Shown in pieces: positions 23,359 to 32,000 of a stretch of 32,000 bases of DNA (the stretch's first letter is position 1; each line of letters starts with the position of its first letter). The DNA is from Kineococcus radiotolerans SRS30216 = ATCC BAA-149 (GTDB taxonomy: Bacteria; Actinomycetota; Actinomycetes; Actinomycetales; Kineococcaceae): the NCBI RefSeq assembly GCF_000017305.1, contig NC_009664.2:2010001-2042000 (forward strand). The letters run 5' to 3'. Made by a program: the position numbers and the translations under genes. The notes under the pieces are model-generated. The model saw only the letters and a list, made by a program, of their open reading frames with translations, did no database searches and had not been told where the DNA came from.

Positions 23359-24830
23359 GGTCCCTCCAGGGTGTCGGACCCGGCGGCACCGACGCGGACC
23401 TCACCGGTCCAGGCGACGGCGACGAGCTCGGGGGTGCCGGACGGCACGGTCCAGCCGTCGGGGTCCTCGCCGCGGACGACGACGGCCTCGGCGAGGGCGG
23501 CGGCGCCGGGACCCACGGCGAGGACCTGCGTGAGGTCGGTGCCGCCGAGGGTGGTGGCCCCGGCGCTGTCCTGGCCGGTGCCGCCGGGTTCGCCGCCGAT
23601 CCCGACGACCCCGTCGTCGCCCTGCCAGCGCAGCGACCCGGCGAGGACGCGCACCTCGACGAGGACGGTGGCGTCGTCGGGGACGAGGACGTCGAGGCGG
23701 CCGGCGGCGACGGTGGCGCGCGCCGGGCCGCCGTCGAGGGCGGAGGGGTCGACCTGCAACCGGCCCACGGCGGAGCTGCGGGCGTCGGCGCCGGTGGGCC
23801 GCCACGTCTGGTCGACCTGCCAGGTCCAGCCGGTGGCGGGGGGCAGCACGGCGGCGGCGACGGCGCAGAGCGCGGCCGGCCAGGCGAGACCCACGAGGGC
23901 GGTGCGGCGGGCCCGCAACCCGGCGACGACGGCGCCGGTCCCCATGACGGCGACGGCCGCGCACAGGGCCAGCGGCAGGGTCCGGCCCGGCAGGTCGAGG
24001 AGCACCCCGGCCAGGACGACGGCGCCGGCGGCGAGCAGGGCCAGGCCGAGGACGGCGGTGGTGAGCAGCGGGGAACCGGGGCGGCGGCGGGCGCGGGACG
24101 CCTCGGCCTTCGCGACCGCCCGCTGCCCCTTGAGGGCGGCGTCGCGGAGCTTGGCCTCCAGCTTCGCCTGGCGGGCGGCGGCGGCGCGTTCGGTGCTGGA
24201 GCCGAACCCGGCGACGGGTTCGCGCGGGGCCTCGACGCGCGGGGCCTTGACGAGCGAGACGCGGGGGGCGGCGGGGGCGGGCCCGGCCGCGGGAGCGCGT
24301 TCGGGGGCGGCGGGGGCGGGCCCGGCCGCGGGAGCGCGTTCGGGGGCGGCGGGGCGCGCGGGGGGCTCGGGGCGCGGGAACCGCTGGTCGCGCAGCAGCC
24401 ACCAGCACAGCAGCCCGACGAGGGTGGTGACGAGGAAGCCCCAGCCGGGCCCGTCCCACCCGCCGGTCCCGACCCCGATCAGGGCGCGCGGGACGGCGAG
24501 GTCGACGACGACGAGGGCGCCGGCCAGCCAGGCCGCTCCCGAGACGTCGCCGCGGGTGGCGGCCTCGACCTCGATGCGGCCGCCGTCGCCGGTGTCCCGG
24601 CGGGCGTCGGGCATCAGCAGCCACGCCAGGCCGTAGCAGGCCAGGCCCAGGCCGCCGACGACGGTGAGGGCGGCGACGATCCCCCGCACCAGCAGCGGGT
24701 CCAGGCCCGTGCGGGCCGCGACGCCGCCGCAGACCCCCGCGAACCAGCGGTCCTCGCCGCGGACGGCGCCCAGGGCGCGCACGGAGGTGAAGAACCCGGC
24801 CCGGCCGTCCGGCTGGACGCTGCTGCTCAC
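23355..24830 (-). CDS. PspC-domain membrane protein with Pro/Ala-rich repeat linker and LiaF-like C-terminal domain
   Basis: 491 aa. The N-terminus RGEDRWFAGVCGGVAARTGLDPLLVRGIVAALTVVGGLGLACYGLAWLLMPD is a PspC domain. Several TM spans follow, then the tandem PAAPERAPAAGPA x2. The C-terminal part GRLDVLVPDDATVLVEVRVLAGSLRWQGD resembles the beta-rich LiaF/DUF2154-type domain. Confidence 0.75.
   Translation of the reverse strand: MSSSVQPDGRAGFFTSVRALGAVRGEDRWFAGVCGGVAARTGLDPLLVRGIVAALTVVGGLGLACYGLAWLLMPDARRDTGDGGRIEVEAATRGDVSGAAWLAGALVVVDLAVPRALIGVGTGGWDGPGWGFLVTTLVGLLCWWLLRDQRFPRPEPPARPAAPERAPAAGPAPAAPERAPAAGPAPAAPRVSLVKAPRVEAPREPVAGFGSSTERAAAARQAKLEAKLRDAALKGQRAVAKAEASRARRRPGSPLLTTAVLGLALLAAGAVVLAGVLLDLPGRTLPLALCAAVAVMGTGAVVAGLRARRTALVGLAWPAALCAVAAAVLPPATGWTWQVDQTWRPTGADARSSAVGRLQVDPSALDGGPARATVAAGRLDVLVPDDATVLVEVRVLAGSLRWQGDDGVVGIGGEPGGTGQDSAGATTLGGTDLTQVLAVGPGAAALAEAVVVRGEDPDGWTVPSGTPELVAVAWTGEVRVGAAGSDTLEGP
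24264..24341. repeat. Exact 39-bp tandem duplication (2 full copies plus a partial third) inside the PspC/LiaF-like gene
   Basis: GGGGGCGGCGGGGGCGGGCCCGGCCGCGGGAGCGCGTTC at 24264-24302 is repeated exactly at 24303-24341, followed by GGGGGCGGCGGGGCG. It is in frame (13 aa, PAAPERAPAAGPA on the minus strand). Confidence 0.9.
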
Positions 24831-24842
24831 GGTTCGAGCCTG

Positions 24843-25253
24843 TCAGAAGACCCAGCCGAGGCCGAGCAGGCCCTGGCCGAGGATCAGGTCGAGGACGACG
24901 AGGCCGACGGCGACGGCGAGGGCGCCGGAGACGTCGCCGCGGTGCGCGGCCTGGGCCTCGATGCGGCCGGTCGCGTCGGGCAGCAGGGCCCACGCGAGGC
25001 CGTAGAGGCCCAGGCCGAGACCGCCGAACAGGCTGAGGACGACGAACGCGACGCGCACGGCGAGGGGGTCGACGCCCAGGCGCCGGGCGGTGCCGCCGGC
25101 GACCCCGGCGACCCAGCGGTCGGAGCTGCGGGTCGGGCCGGAGCGGCGGAGCGCGGCGAAGAACCGGTCGGCGGCGCTCGGCCGCACCGGCGTGGCCTCC
25201 AGGTGCGGTTCCTGGTGGGTCTGGGAGTGCTGGGTGTTCTCGGTGGATGTCAT
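24843..25253 (-). CDS. Small PspC-domain membrane protein (136 aa)
   Basis: This is the C-terminal part of the artefactual ORF 24843-26369, starting at ATG 25253. The translation is MTSTENTQHSQTHQEPHLE...SSDRWVAGVAGGTARRLGVDPLAVRVAFVVLSLFGGLGLGLYGLAWALLPD, followed by a second TM. It shares the segment IE-x-A-x-RGDVSGA with the 491-aa paralogue. Confidence 0.8.
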   Translation of the reverse strand: MTSTENTQHSQTHQEPHLEATPVRPSAADRFFAALRRSGPTRSSDRWVAGVAGGTARRLGVDPLAVRVAFVVLSLFGGLGLGLYGLAWALLPDATGRIEAQAAHRGDVSGALAVAVGLVVLDLILGQGLLGLGWVF

Positions 25254-25367
25254 GGTTCGAGACTGCTCCCCGGAGCACCCCCGGGGCATCGGGGGTTCCC
25301 CTGAGTCGACCCTGGTCCTCGGGCTCGGGGGATCCCCGGGGCGGGGTCCGCGTGCCACGATCGGCGG

Positions 25368-26609
25368 GTGAGCACACGGACGACGGAACTCCCGGACGCG
25401 CCCCCGGCGGCGCGGCCGCCGCTGGTGCGGGCGGTGGAGCACCGCCGCGTCGCCGGGGTGGCCGCGGGGGTCGCCGCCCACACCGGCATCCCGTTGTCGC
25501 GGGTGCGGGCGGTGCTCGTCGCCGGGGCGTTCCTCGGGGGGTTCGGCCTGGCCCTCTACGCGGCGTGGTGGCTGCTGCTGCCCGACGAGCGCCAGCTCGC
25601 GCTGCCGCCCGAGCAGCGCTCCGACCCCTCGGCGTGGGTCCTGGCCCACCGCAACGCCCTCGTCGGCGTCGCGCTGGTCGTGGGGTTCGGGCTGGTGCCC
25701 GCGATGAACCTGCTGGACGGCTCGGCCCGGATCACCGCGCCGGCGCTGGTGGCGGGGGCGGGGCTGGTGCTGGCCTGGAGCCAGCTCGACGCGACGCGGC
25801 GGCGGCGGTTCGTGGAGGACTCCACCGCGAGCCGGACCGCGGCGCTGCGGGTGGGCCTCGGGGTGACCCTCGTGGTGCTGGCGGTGCTGTTCCTCTTCAC
25901 CGTCGGGGACCCGGAGCAGTTCTGGCGCTCGGCCCTGGCGGGGCTGGGGATCCTCGCCGGGGCGGCGGTGGTGCTGGCGCCGTGGGCGGTGCGGTTGTGG
26001 CAGGACCTCGGCGAGGAGCGCGCGGCGCTGGCCCGGGAGCAGGAACGGGCCGAGTTCGCCGCCCACGTCCACGACTCGGTGCTGCAGACGCTGACCCTCA
26101 TCCAGAAGCGTTCCGGCGACGGGGGCGAGGTCGCCCGGCTGGCCCGGCGCCAGGAGCGCGAGCTGCGGCAGTGGCTGTACGGCGACCACGGGCAGACCGC
26201 GGGGACGCTGGGCGCGGCGCTGCGGGCGGCGGCGACGGAGGTGGAGGACGTGTCGGGGGCGGTCGTGGAGGTCGTCGTCGTGGGGGACCTCGACAACCGC
26301 CCCCTCGACAAGCCGCTGACGTCGCTGGCCCAGGCCGCGCGCGAGGCGCTGCTGAACGCGGGGCGGCACGCGGGGGGGACGGTGTCGGTGTTCGCCGAGC
26401 CGGCGGGTGCCCCGGGAGGGGGTGGGGTGGAGGTGTTCGTGCGCGACCGCGGTCCGGGCTTCGAGGTGGACGACGTCCCCGAGGACCGGCTGGGGGTGCG
26501 GGAGTCGATCATCGGCCGGATGCGGCGGGCCGGGGGTTCGGCCAGCGTCCGCCGTCCCGCCGACGGGGGCACCGAGGTCGCCCTGCGGCTGCCGGGGGGT
26601 GCGGCGTGA
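25368..26609 (+). CDS. Sensor histidine kinase with N-terminal PspC domain (HisKA_3 / NarX-LiaS type)
   Basis: GTG 25368. The PspC domain is VEHRRVAGVAAGVAAHTGIPLSRVRAVLVAGAFLGGFGLALYAAWWLLLPDE. Four TM spans follow. The H-box is ERAEFAAHVHDSVLQTLTLI, the N-box EALLNAGRHAG, and the G-box VRDRGPGF. Confidence 0.88.
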   Translation: MSTRTTELPDAPPAARPPLVRAVEHRRVAGVAAGVAAHTGIPLSRVRAVLVAGAFLGGFGLALYAAWWLLLPDERQLALPPEQRSDPSAWVLAHRNALVGVALVVGFGLVPAMNLLDGSARITAPALVAGAGLVLAWSQLDATRRRRFVEDSTASRTAALRVGLGVTLVVLAVLFLFTVGDPEQFWRSALAGLGILAGAAVVLAPWAVRLWQDLGEERAALAREQERAEFAAHVHDSVLQTLTLIQKRSGDGGEVARLARRQERELRQWLYGDHGQTAGTLGAALRAAATEVEDVSGAVVEVVVVGDLDNRPLDKPLTSLAQAAREALLNAGRHAGGTVSVFAEPAGAPGGGGVEVFVRDRGPGFEVDDVPEDRLGVRESIIGRMRRAGGSASVRRPADGGTEVALRLPGGAA

Positions 26610-27292
26610 TCCGCGTCCTCGTGGTCGACGACCACCGCATGGTCCGCTCGGGGGTCCGCGCGGAGCTGTCCGGCGCGCAGGACCTGGAGGTCGTGGGCGA
26701 GGCCGCGGACGTGGCGGGCGCGGTGGCGGCGGTGGAGCGGTTGCGGCCCGACGTCGTGCTGCTCGACGTGCACCTGCCCGCCGGGCCGGACGAGAACCCC
26801 GCCCCGGGCGCGGGGTCCGGCGGGGCGCAGGTGCTCGCGCGGTCGGCGGCGCTGCTGAGCGCCGACCCGCCGGTGCGGTTCCTGGCCCTGTCGGTCTCCG
26901 ACGCCGCCGACGACGTCATCGCCGTGATCCGCCGCGGCGCGCGCGGGTACGTGACGAAGGCGATCAGTGGCGACGACCTCGCCGCGGCGGTGCGCCGGGT
27001 CGCGGAGGGGGACGCGGTGTTCTCCCCGCGGCTGGCGGGGTTCGTGCTCGACGCGTTCGGCGCGGGGGCGGGTGAGGTCGCCGCGGCCGACGACGAGCTG
27101 GACCGGCTCTCGGCGCGCGAGCGGGAGGTGATGCGGCTCATCGCCCGCGGCTACGCCTACAAGGAGGTGGCGAAGGAGCTGTTCATCTCGGTGAAGACGG
27201 TGGAGACCCACGTGTCGGCGGTGCTGCGCAAGCTGCAGCTGTCCAACCGCAACGAGCTGACCCGCTGGGCCGCGGCCCGCCGCCTGCTCTAG
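26606..27292 (+). CDS. NarL/LuxR-family response regulator (REC + HTH_LuxR)
   Basis: GTG 26606 overlaps the kinase stop (GTGA). The translation is VIRVLVVDDHRMVRSGVRAEL...DVVLLDVHLP (phospho-acceptor Asp)...LSAREREVMRLIARGYAYKEVAKELFISVKTVETHVSAVLRKLQLSNRNEL. The receiver carries an unusual insertion of about 20 aa (AGPDENPAPGAGSGGAQVLARSAALL) after the acceptor Asp. Confidence 0.9.
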   Translation: MIRVLVVDDHRMVRSGVRAELSGAQDLEVVGEAADVAGAVAAVERLRPDVVLLDVHLPAGPDENPAPGAGSGGAQVLARSAALLSADPPVRFLALSVSDAADDVIAVIRRGARGYVTKAISGDDLAAAVRRVAEGDAVFSPRLAGFVLDAFGAGAGEVAAADDELDRLSAREREVMRLIARGYAYKEVAKELFISVKTVETHVSAVLRKLQLSNRNELTRWAAARRLL

Positions 27293-27341
27293 GGTTGGAC
27301 CGGTCCACCGCCGGACCGCACGCCCTCCCGGAAGGACACCG

Positions 27342-28358
27342 ATGTCCCAGCCCGTGCGCTTCGCGCTCATCGGCACCGGCCGCATCGGCCAGGTCCACGC
27401 CGCGAACGTCCACGCCAGTCCCGACGCCGTCCTGCAGGTCGTGTGCGACACCCTCCTCGCCGGTGCGGAGCGGACGACCGCCGCGTTCGGGGGCCGGGCG
27501 ACCTCGGACCCGCTGGCGGCGATCCGCGCCGACGACGTCGACGCGGTGGTCGTCGCCTCCCCCACGCCCACCCACGTCGACCTCGTCGCCGCCTGCCTGG
27601 ACGCGGGCGTCCCCGTGCTGTGCGAGAAGCCGATCGACCTCGACCTCGCCCGCGTCGACGCGATCCGCGACCGCGCGCGCGCCGCGACGTCGCCCGTCGT
27701 CCTCGGCTTCAACCGCCGCTTCGACCCGCACTTCGCCGAGCTGCGGCGCCGGGTGGCGGCCGGGGAGATCGGCCGCCTGGAGCACCTGGCCATCACCAGC
27801 CGCGACCCCGAACCCCCGCCCGCGGACTACGTGCCCCTCTCGGGCGGCATCTTCCGCGACATGGCCATCCACGACCTCGACACCGCCCGGTCCTTCGTCC
27901 CCGACGTCGTCGCGGTGACCGCCGTCGGGTTGCGGCAGTTCGACGCCGGGATCGCCGGGCACGGCGACTTCGACGCCGCCGTCACCACGCTCGTCGGGGC
28001 GGGCGGGGAGTCGATCGTCATCACGAACTCCCGGCACAGCGCCTACGGCTACGACCAGCGCCTGGAGGCGTTCGGGCCCGGGGGGATGCTGGAGGTCGGC
28101 AACGTGACCCCGACGCTCGTGCGCTCCTCCACCGGTTCCGCCAGCTCCACCGGGGAGCCGTACCGCCGGTTCTTCCTCGAGCGCTACCGCGAGGCCTACG
28201 AGCTGGAGCTCGCGGCGTTCGTCGCCACCGTCCGCGGCGAGGACACCACCGCGAGCCCGTCCCCGGGTTTCGAGGACGGGCGCGCGGCGCTCGTGCTGGC
28301 CGACGCCTGCGAGACGTCGGCGCGGGAGGGGCGGACGGTCGCGGTCGACCTCTCCTGA
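27342..28358 (+). CDS. Gfo/Idh/MocA-family NAD-dependent oxidoreductase (inositol 2-dehydrogenase-like)
   Basis: MSQPVRFALIGTGRIGQVHAANV (Rossmann GxGxxG)...VLCEKPIDL (EKP motif)...GFNRRFDPHF...GGIFRDMAIHDLD. This pattern is typical of IolG-like enzymes. The substrate is not determinable. Confidence 0.8.
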   Translation: MSQPVRFALIGTGRIGQVHAANVHASPDAVLQVVCDTLLAGAERTTAAFGGRATSDPLAAIRADDVDAVVVASPTPTHVDLVAACLDAGVPVLCEKPIDLDLARVDAIRDRARAATSPVVLGFNRRFDPHFAELRRRVAAGEIGRLEHLAITSRDPEPPPADYVPLSGGIFRDMAIHDLDTARSFVPDVVAVTAVGLRQFDAGIAGHGDFDAAVTTLVGAGGESIVITNSRHSAYGYDQRLEAFGPGGMLEVGNVTPTLVRSSTGSASSTGEPYRRFFLERYREAYELELAAFVATVRGEDTTASPSPGFEDGRAALVLADACETSAREGRTVAVDLS

Positions 28359-28362
28359 GGGG

Positions 28363-30595
<2,233 letters not shown>

Positions 30596-30604
<9 letters not shown>

Positions 30605-30631
30605 TCAGTGCAGACTTTGCGTCAAGTGCAG
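30596..30631. promoter_or_regulatory. Tandem 18-nt operator-like repeats ACTTTGCACTCAGTGCAG / ACTTTGCGTCAAGTGCAG; the first contains the perfect palindrome TGCACT-C-AGTGCA
   Basis: Read directly at 30596-30613 and 30614-30631. The palindrome at 30600-30612 overlaps the candidate TetR start codon. It is a likely autoregulatory TetR operator for the TetR-MFS unit. Confidence 0.5.
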
Positions 30632-30653
30632 GGGTGACCACCACCCGGTCGGC

Positions 30654-32000
30654 TCACGCCCCCGCCGCGCCGCCCTCCCCCGCGCCCGCGTCAACGTCGG
30701 CGTCGGCGTCGGCGTCCACGAGGGTCACCGCGGCGGCGAACCCCTGGGGGTTCTTCGTGATCTCGACGACGCGCTGCATGAGCGGCTCGATCGCGGTGAC
30801 CTTGTCCAGCGGCGCTGCCACGACGAGCTGGAACCCCAGCCCGCGCCAGGCGTTCACCCCGCGCGCGGTGAACTCCCCGTCCGACTTCACGAAACCCTCG
30901 TCGAGGAAGACGGGGGCGAAGGTGGGCAGGGCGTTGCGGCTCGTCCCCAGCTGGTAGCGCAGGGCCGCCCCGACGATGAAGGCGATGAGCTCCTGCACCT
31001 CCCCGCCGGACTTCCCGCCCAGGTGCTCGTAGACGCTCAGCGTCCGCCCCGTCGTCGCGTCGACCCGCAGGGCCCGCACCGAGGAGTGCTTGCGGACGTC
31101 GAGCAGCAGGTCGCGCTCGGACAGCGAGCGCGGGCCGCCGGGGCGGATGCGGTCGATGAACGCCCGCAGCGCCAGGAACCGCGCCTCGACCGCCGCCGGG
31201 TCGTCGGCGCGGGTCGTCCCCGACGCCAGTTCCCGCAGCTCCCGCTGGAAGACGGCGACCTCCGGGCTCACCTGGGGCTGGACCTCGATGTGCAGGCGGT
31301 CCCCGCCGGAACCGAAGGGCAGACCGGCGAGGATCTCGTTCACCGGCGCCAGCCGGTTCAGGATGTCCGCGCCCGCCTGCCGGAACTTCGACTGCAGGTT
31401 GAGCAGGTCGTCCCCGCTCCAGCTCACGACCTGGCGCCGGAAGGCGTCGGCGCGCTGGGCCAGCCCCTGGGCGGTGAGCTCGTCGAGGATCTCCCGGTAC
31501 CCCTCGTAGGAACCCACGCCGGAGCCGAGGTTCGGCTGCGGCCAGCGGCTCTGGAACGCCTTGAACGCCCGCTCCAGGCGCGCGGCGGCGTCGGACTCCC
31601 GCTGGACCGCCGCGGTCCGCCCCTCCCGGGTCGCGGCACGGACCTTCGGCACCAGCCGGCGGAACAGCAGCAGCGAGTCGTCGGTCTTGAGCTGCCCGTA
31701 GACGGCGTCGAGGTGGGCGCGCTGCTCCGGCGTGGGTTCCACCCCGCGCTCCTCCAGCGACGCCAGGCGGACGGCGACCCGGTCCTGCTGCTCGACCAGG
31801 TCCGCCCACGTCCGCTCCGTGGAGCGCACGGTGGTCCGCGCCAGCGCCTCGGTCTCCCGCGCCGCCTCCACCGCCTCGGCCAGCCGGTCCCGCTCGGCGC
31901 TGAGGACGACCACGAGGTCGTCGGCGCCCAGCAGCCGGTCGATCTCCGCCCGCTTGCCCGCCACCACCGCGGCCGTGCTCGCGGTGTCGACGTCCTCCCA
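30654..32000 (-). CDS. SMC/SbcC-like ATPase, C-terminal 449 codons (coiled coil + signature/Walker B head half, JetC/MksB-type); gene continues beyond the right edge
   Basis: The frame stays open to position 32000 (own translation of 31968-32000: WEDVDTASTAAV). There is a long Ala/Arg/Glu-rich helical region. It then reads LLLDVRKHSSVRALRVD...YEHLGGKSGGEVQELIAFIVGAALRYQLG...PTFAPVFLDEGFVKSDGEFTARGVNAWRGLGFQLVVAAPLDK, that is an ABC signature-like SGGE, a Walker B FLDEGF and a D-loop, as in the SbcC_Walker_B-type C-termini of JetC/MksB-like proteins. It ends in an acidic tail, VDADADADVDAGAGEGG. Confidence 0.65.
   Translation of the reverse strand, partial: WEDVDTASTAAVVAGKRAEIDRLLGADDLVVVLSAERDRLAEAVEAARETEALARTTVRSTERTWADLVEQQDRVAVRLASLEERGVEPTPEQRAHLDAVYGQLKTDDSLLLFRRLVPKVRAATREGRTAAVQRESDAAARLERAFKAFQSRWPQPNLGSGVGSYEGYREILDELTAQGLAQRADAFRRQVVSWSGDDLLNLQSKFRQAGADILNRLAPVNEILAGLPFGSGGDRLHIEVQPQVSPEVAVFQRELRELASGTTRADDPAAVEARFLALRAFIDRIRPGGPRSLSERDLLLDVRKHSSVRALRVDATTGRTLSVYEHLGGKSGGEVQELIAFIVGAALRYQLGTSRNALPTFAPVFLDEGFVKSDGEFTARGVNAWRGLGFQLVVAAPLDKVTAIEPLMQRVVEITKNPQGFAAAVTLVDADADADVDAGAGEGGAAGA

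Noticed and set aside
24264-24341. Possibility that the 39-bp repeats are a mini CRISPR array or other non-coding repeat element
   Set aside because: The copies are directly abutting with no spacers, lie in frame within a coding region, and no cas genes are present. It is a simple in-frame tandem duplication.
22107-25304. 1065-aa plus-strand ORF and 658-aa minus ORF (23401-25377) spanning galM and the PspC genes
   Set aside because: Both are Arg/Gly/Pro/Asp-dominated frames with no domain-like segments. The real genes (galM, the small membrane protein and two PspC proteins) occupy another minus-strand frame, with coupled starts and stops and recognisable domains.
25328-25337. GGGGATCCCC palindrome and other G/C inverted repeats in the 114-bp divergent PspC/kinase intergenic region, considered as a response-regulator binding site
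   Set aside because: Short G/C palindromes are expected by chance at this base composition. There is no second copy and no resemblance to the LiaR/NarL-type half-sites I know. I could not support a call.
30672-30722. Short GTCGGC/GACGCC hexamer reiteration at the 3' end of the SMC-like gene
   Set aside because: It simply encodes the Asp/Ala acidic tail (DADADADVDA). It is low-complexity coding sequence, not an independent repeat element.

Overview
This is a very GC-rich (by eye well above 70% G+C, codon third positions almost all G/C), densely coded window that looks like actinobacterial chromosome. I recognise about 35 protein genes. I see no rRNA, tRNA, CRISPR array, IS element or integrase. 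All calls rest on reading the translations and motifs by eye; no database or HMM search was possible.

Gene content, left to right:
1. A SorC-type regulator (partial) is divergent from a polyol (sorbitol/mannitol-type) ABC uptake operon: binding protein, two permeases and a mannitol-2-dehydrogenase-family enzyme, with no ATPase gene.
2. A histidyl-tRNA synthetase follows, with a eukaryote/archaea-like motif 2.
3. A minus-strand Ugp-like operon (two permeases, binding protein, cytosolic glycerophosphodiesterase) sits behind two pairs of 11-nt direct repeats that fit the Streptomyces PhoP PHO-box rule.
4. Next come an Fpg/Nei DNA glycosylase, a secreted phytase-like esterase and a YibE/F membrane protein.
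5. A metal island contains a tightly coupled minus-strand operon: a P-loop-less COG0523 relative, a PacL/DUF1490-like protein, a CtpC-like P1B ATPase and an MFS pump. A Zur-box-like palindrome precedes it.
6. Beside it lie an orphan GC3-supported ORF and a divergent cluster of five cysteine-less ribosomal protein paralogues: L31 on the minus strand; L28, L33, S14 and a 40-aa L36 missing from the ORF track on the plus strand. A second, near-identical palindrome sits in their shared promoter.
7. A membrane GGDEF diguanylate cyclase and an aldose 1-epimerase follow.
8. An envelope-stress-like cluster has three PspC-domain proteins: a small one, a PspC plus LiaF-like one with a 39-bp in-frame tandem repeat, and a PspC-fused histidine kinase. 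A NarL/LuxR response regulator completes it.
9. The right end holds a Gfo/Idh/MocA dehydrogenase, a TetR plus DHA2-MFS pair with a tandem operator-like repeat, and the C-terminal 449 codons of an SMC/SbcC-like (JetC/MksB-type Walker B) ATPase that runs off the edge.

The most interesting candidate is the Zur-box-fronted COG0523-like/PacL/P1B-ATPase/MFS operon. It joins zinc-starvation hallmarks to what is described elsewhere as a metal-efflux platform.
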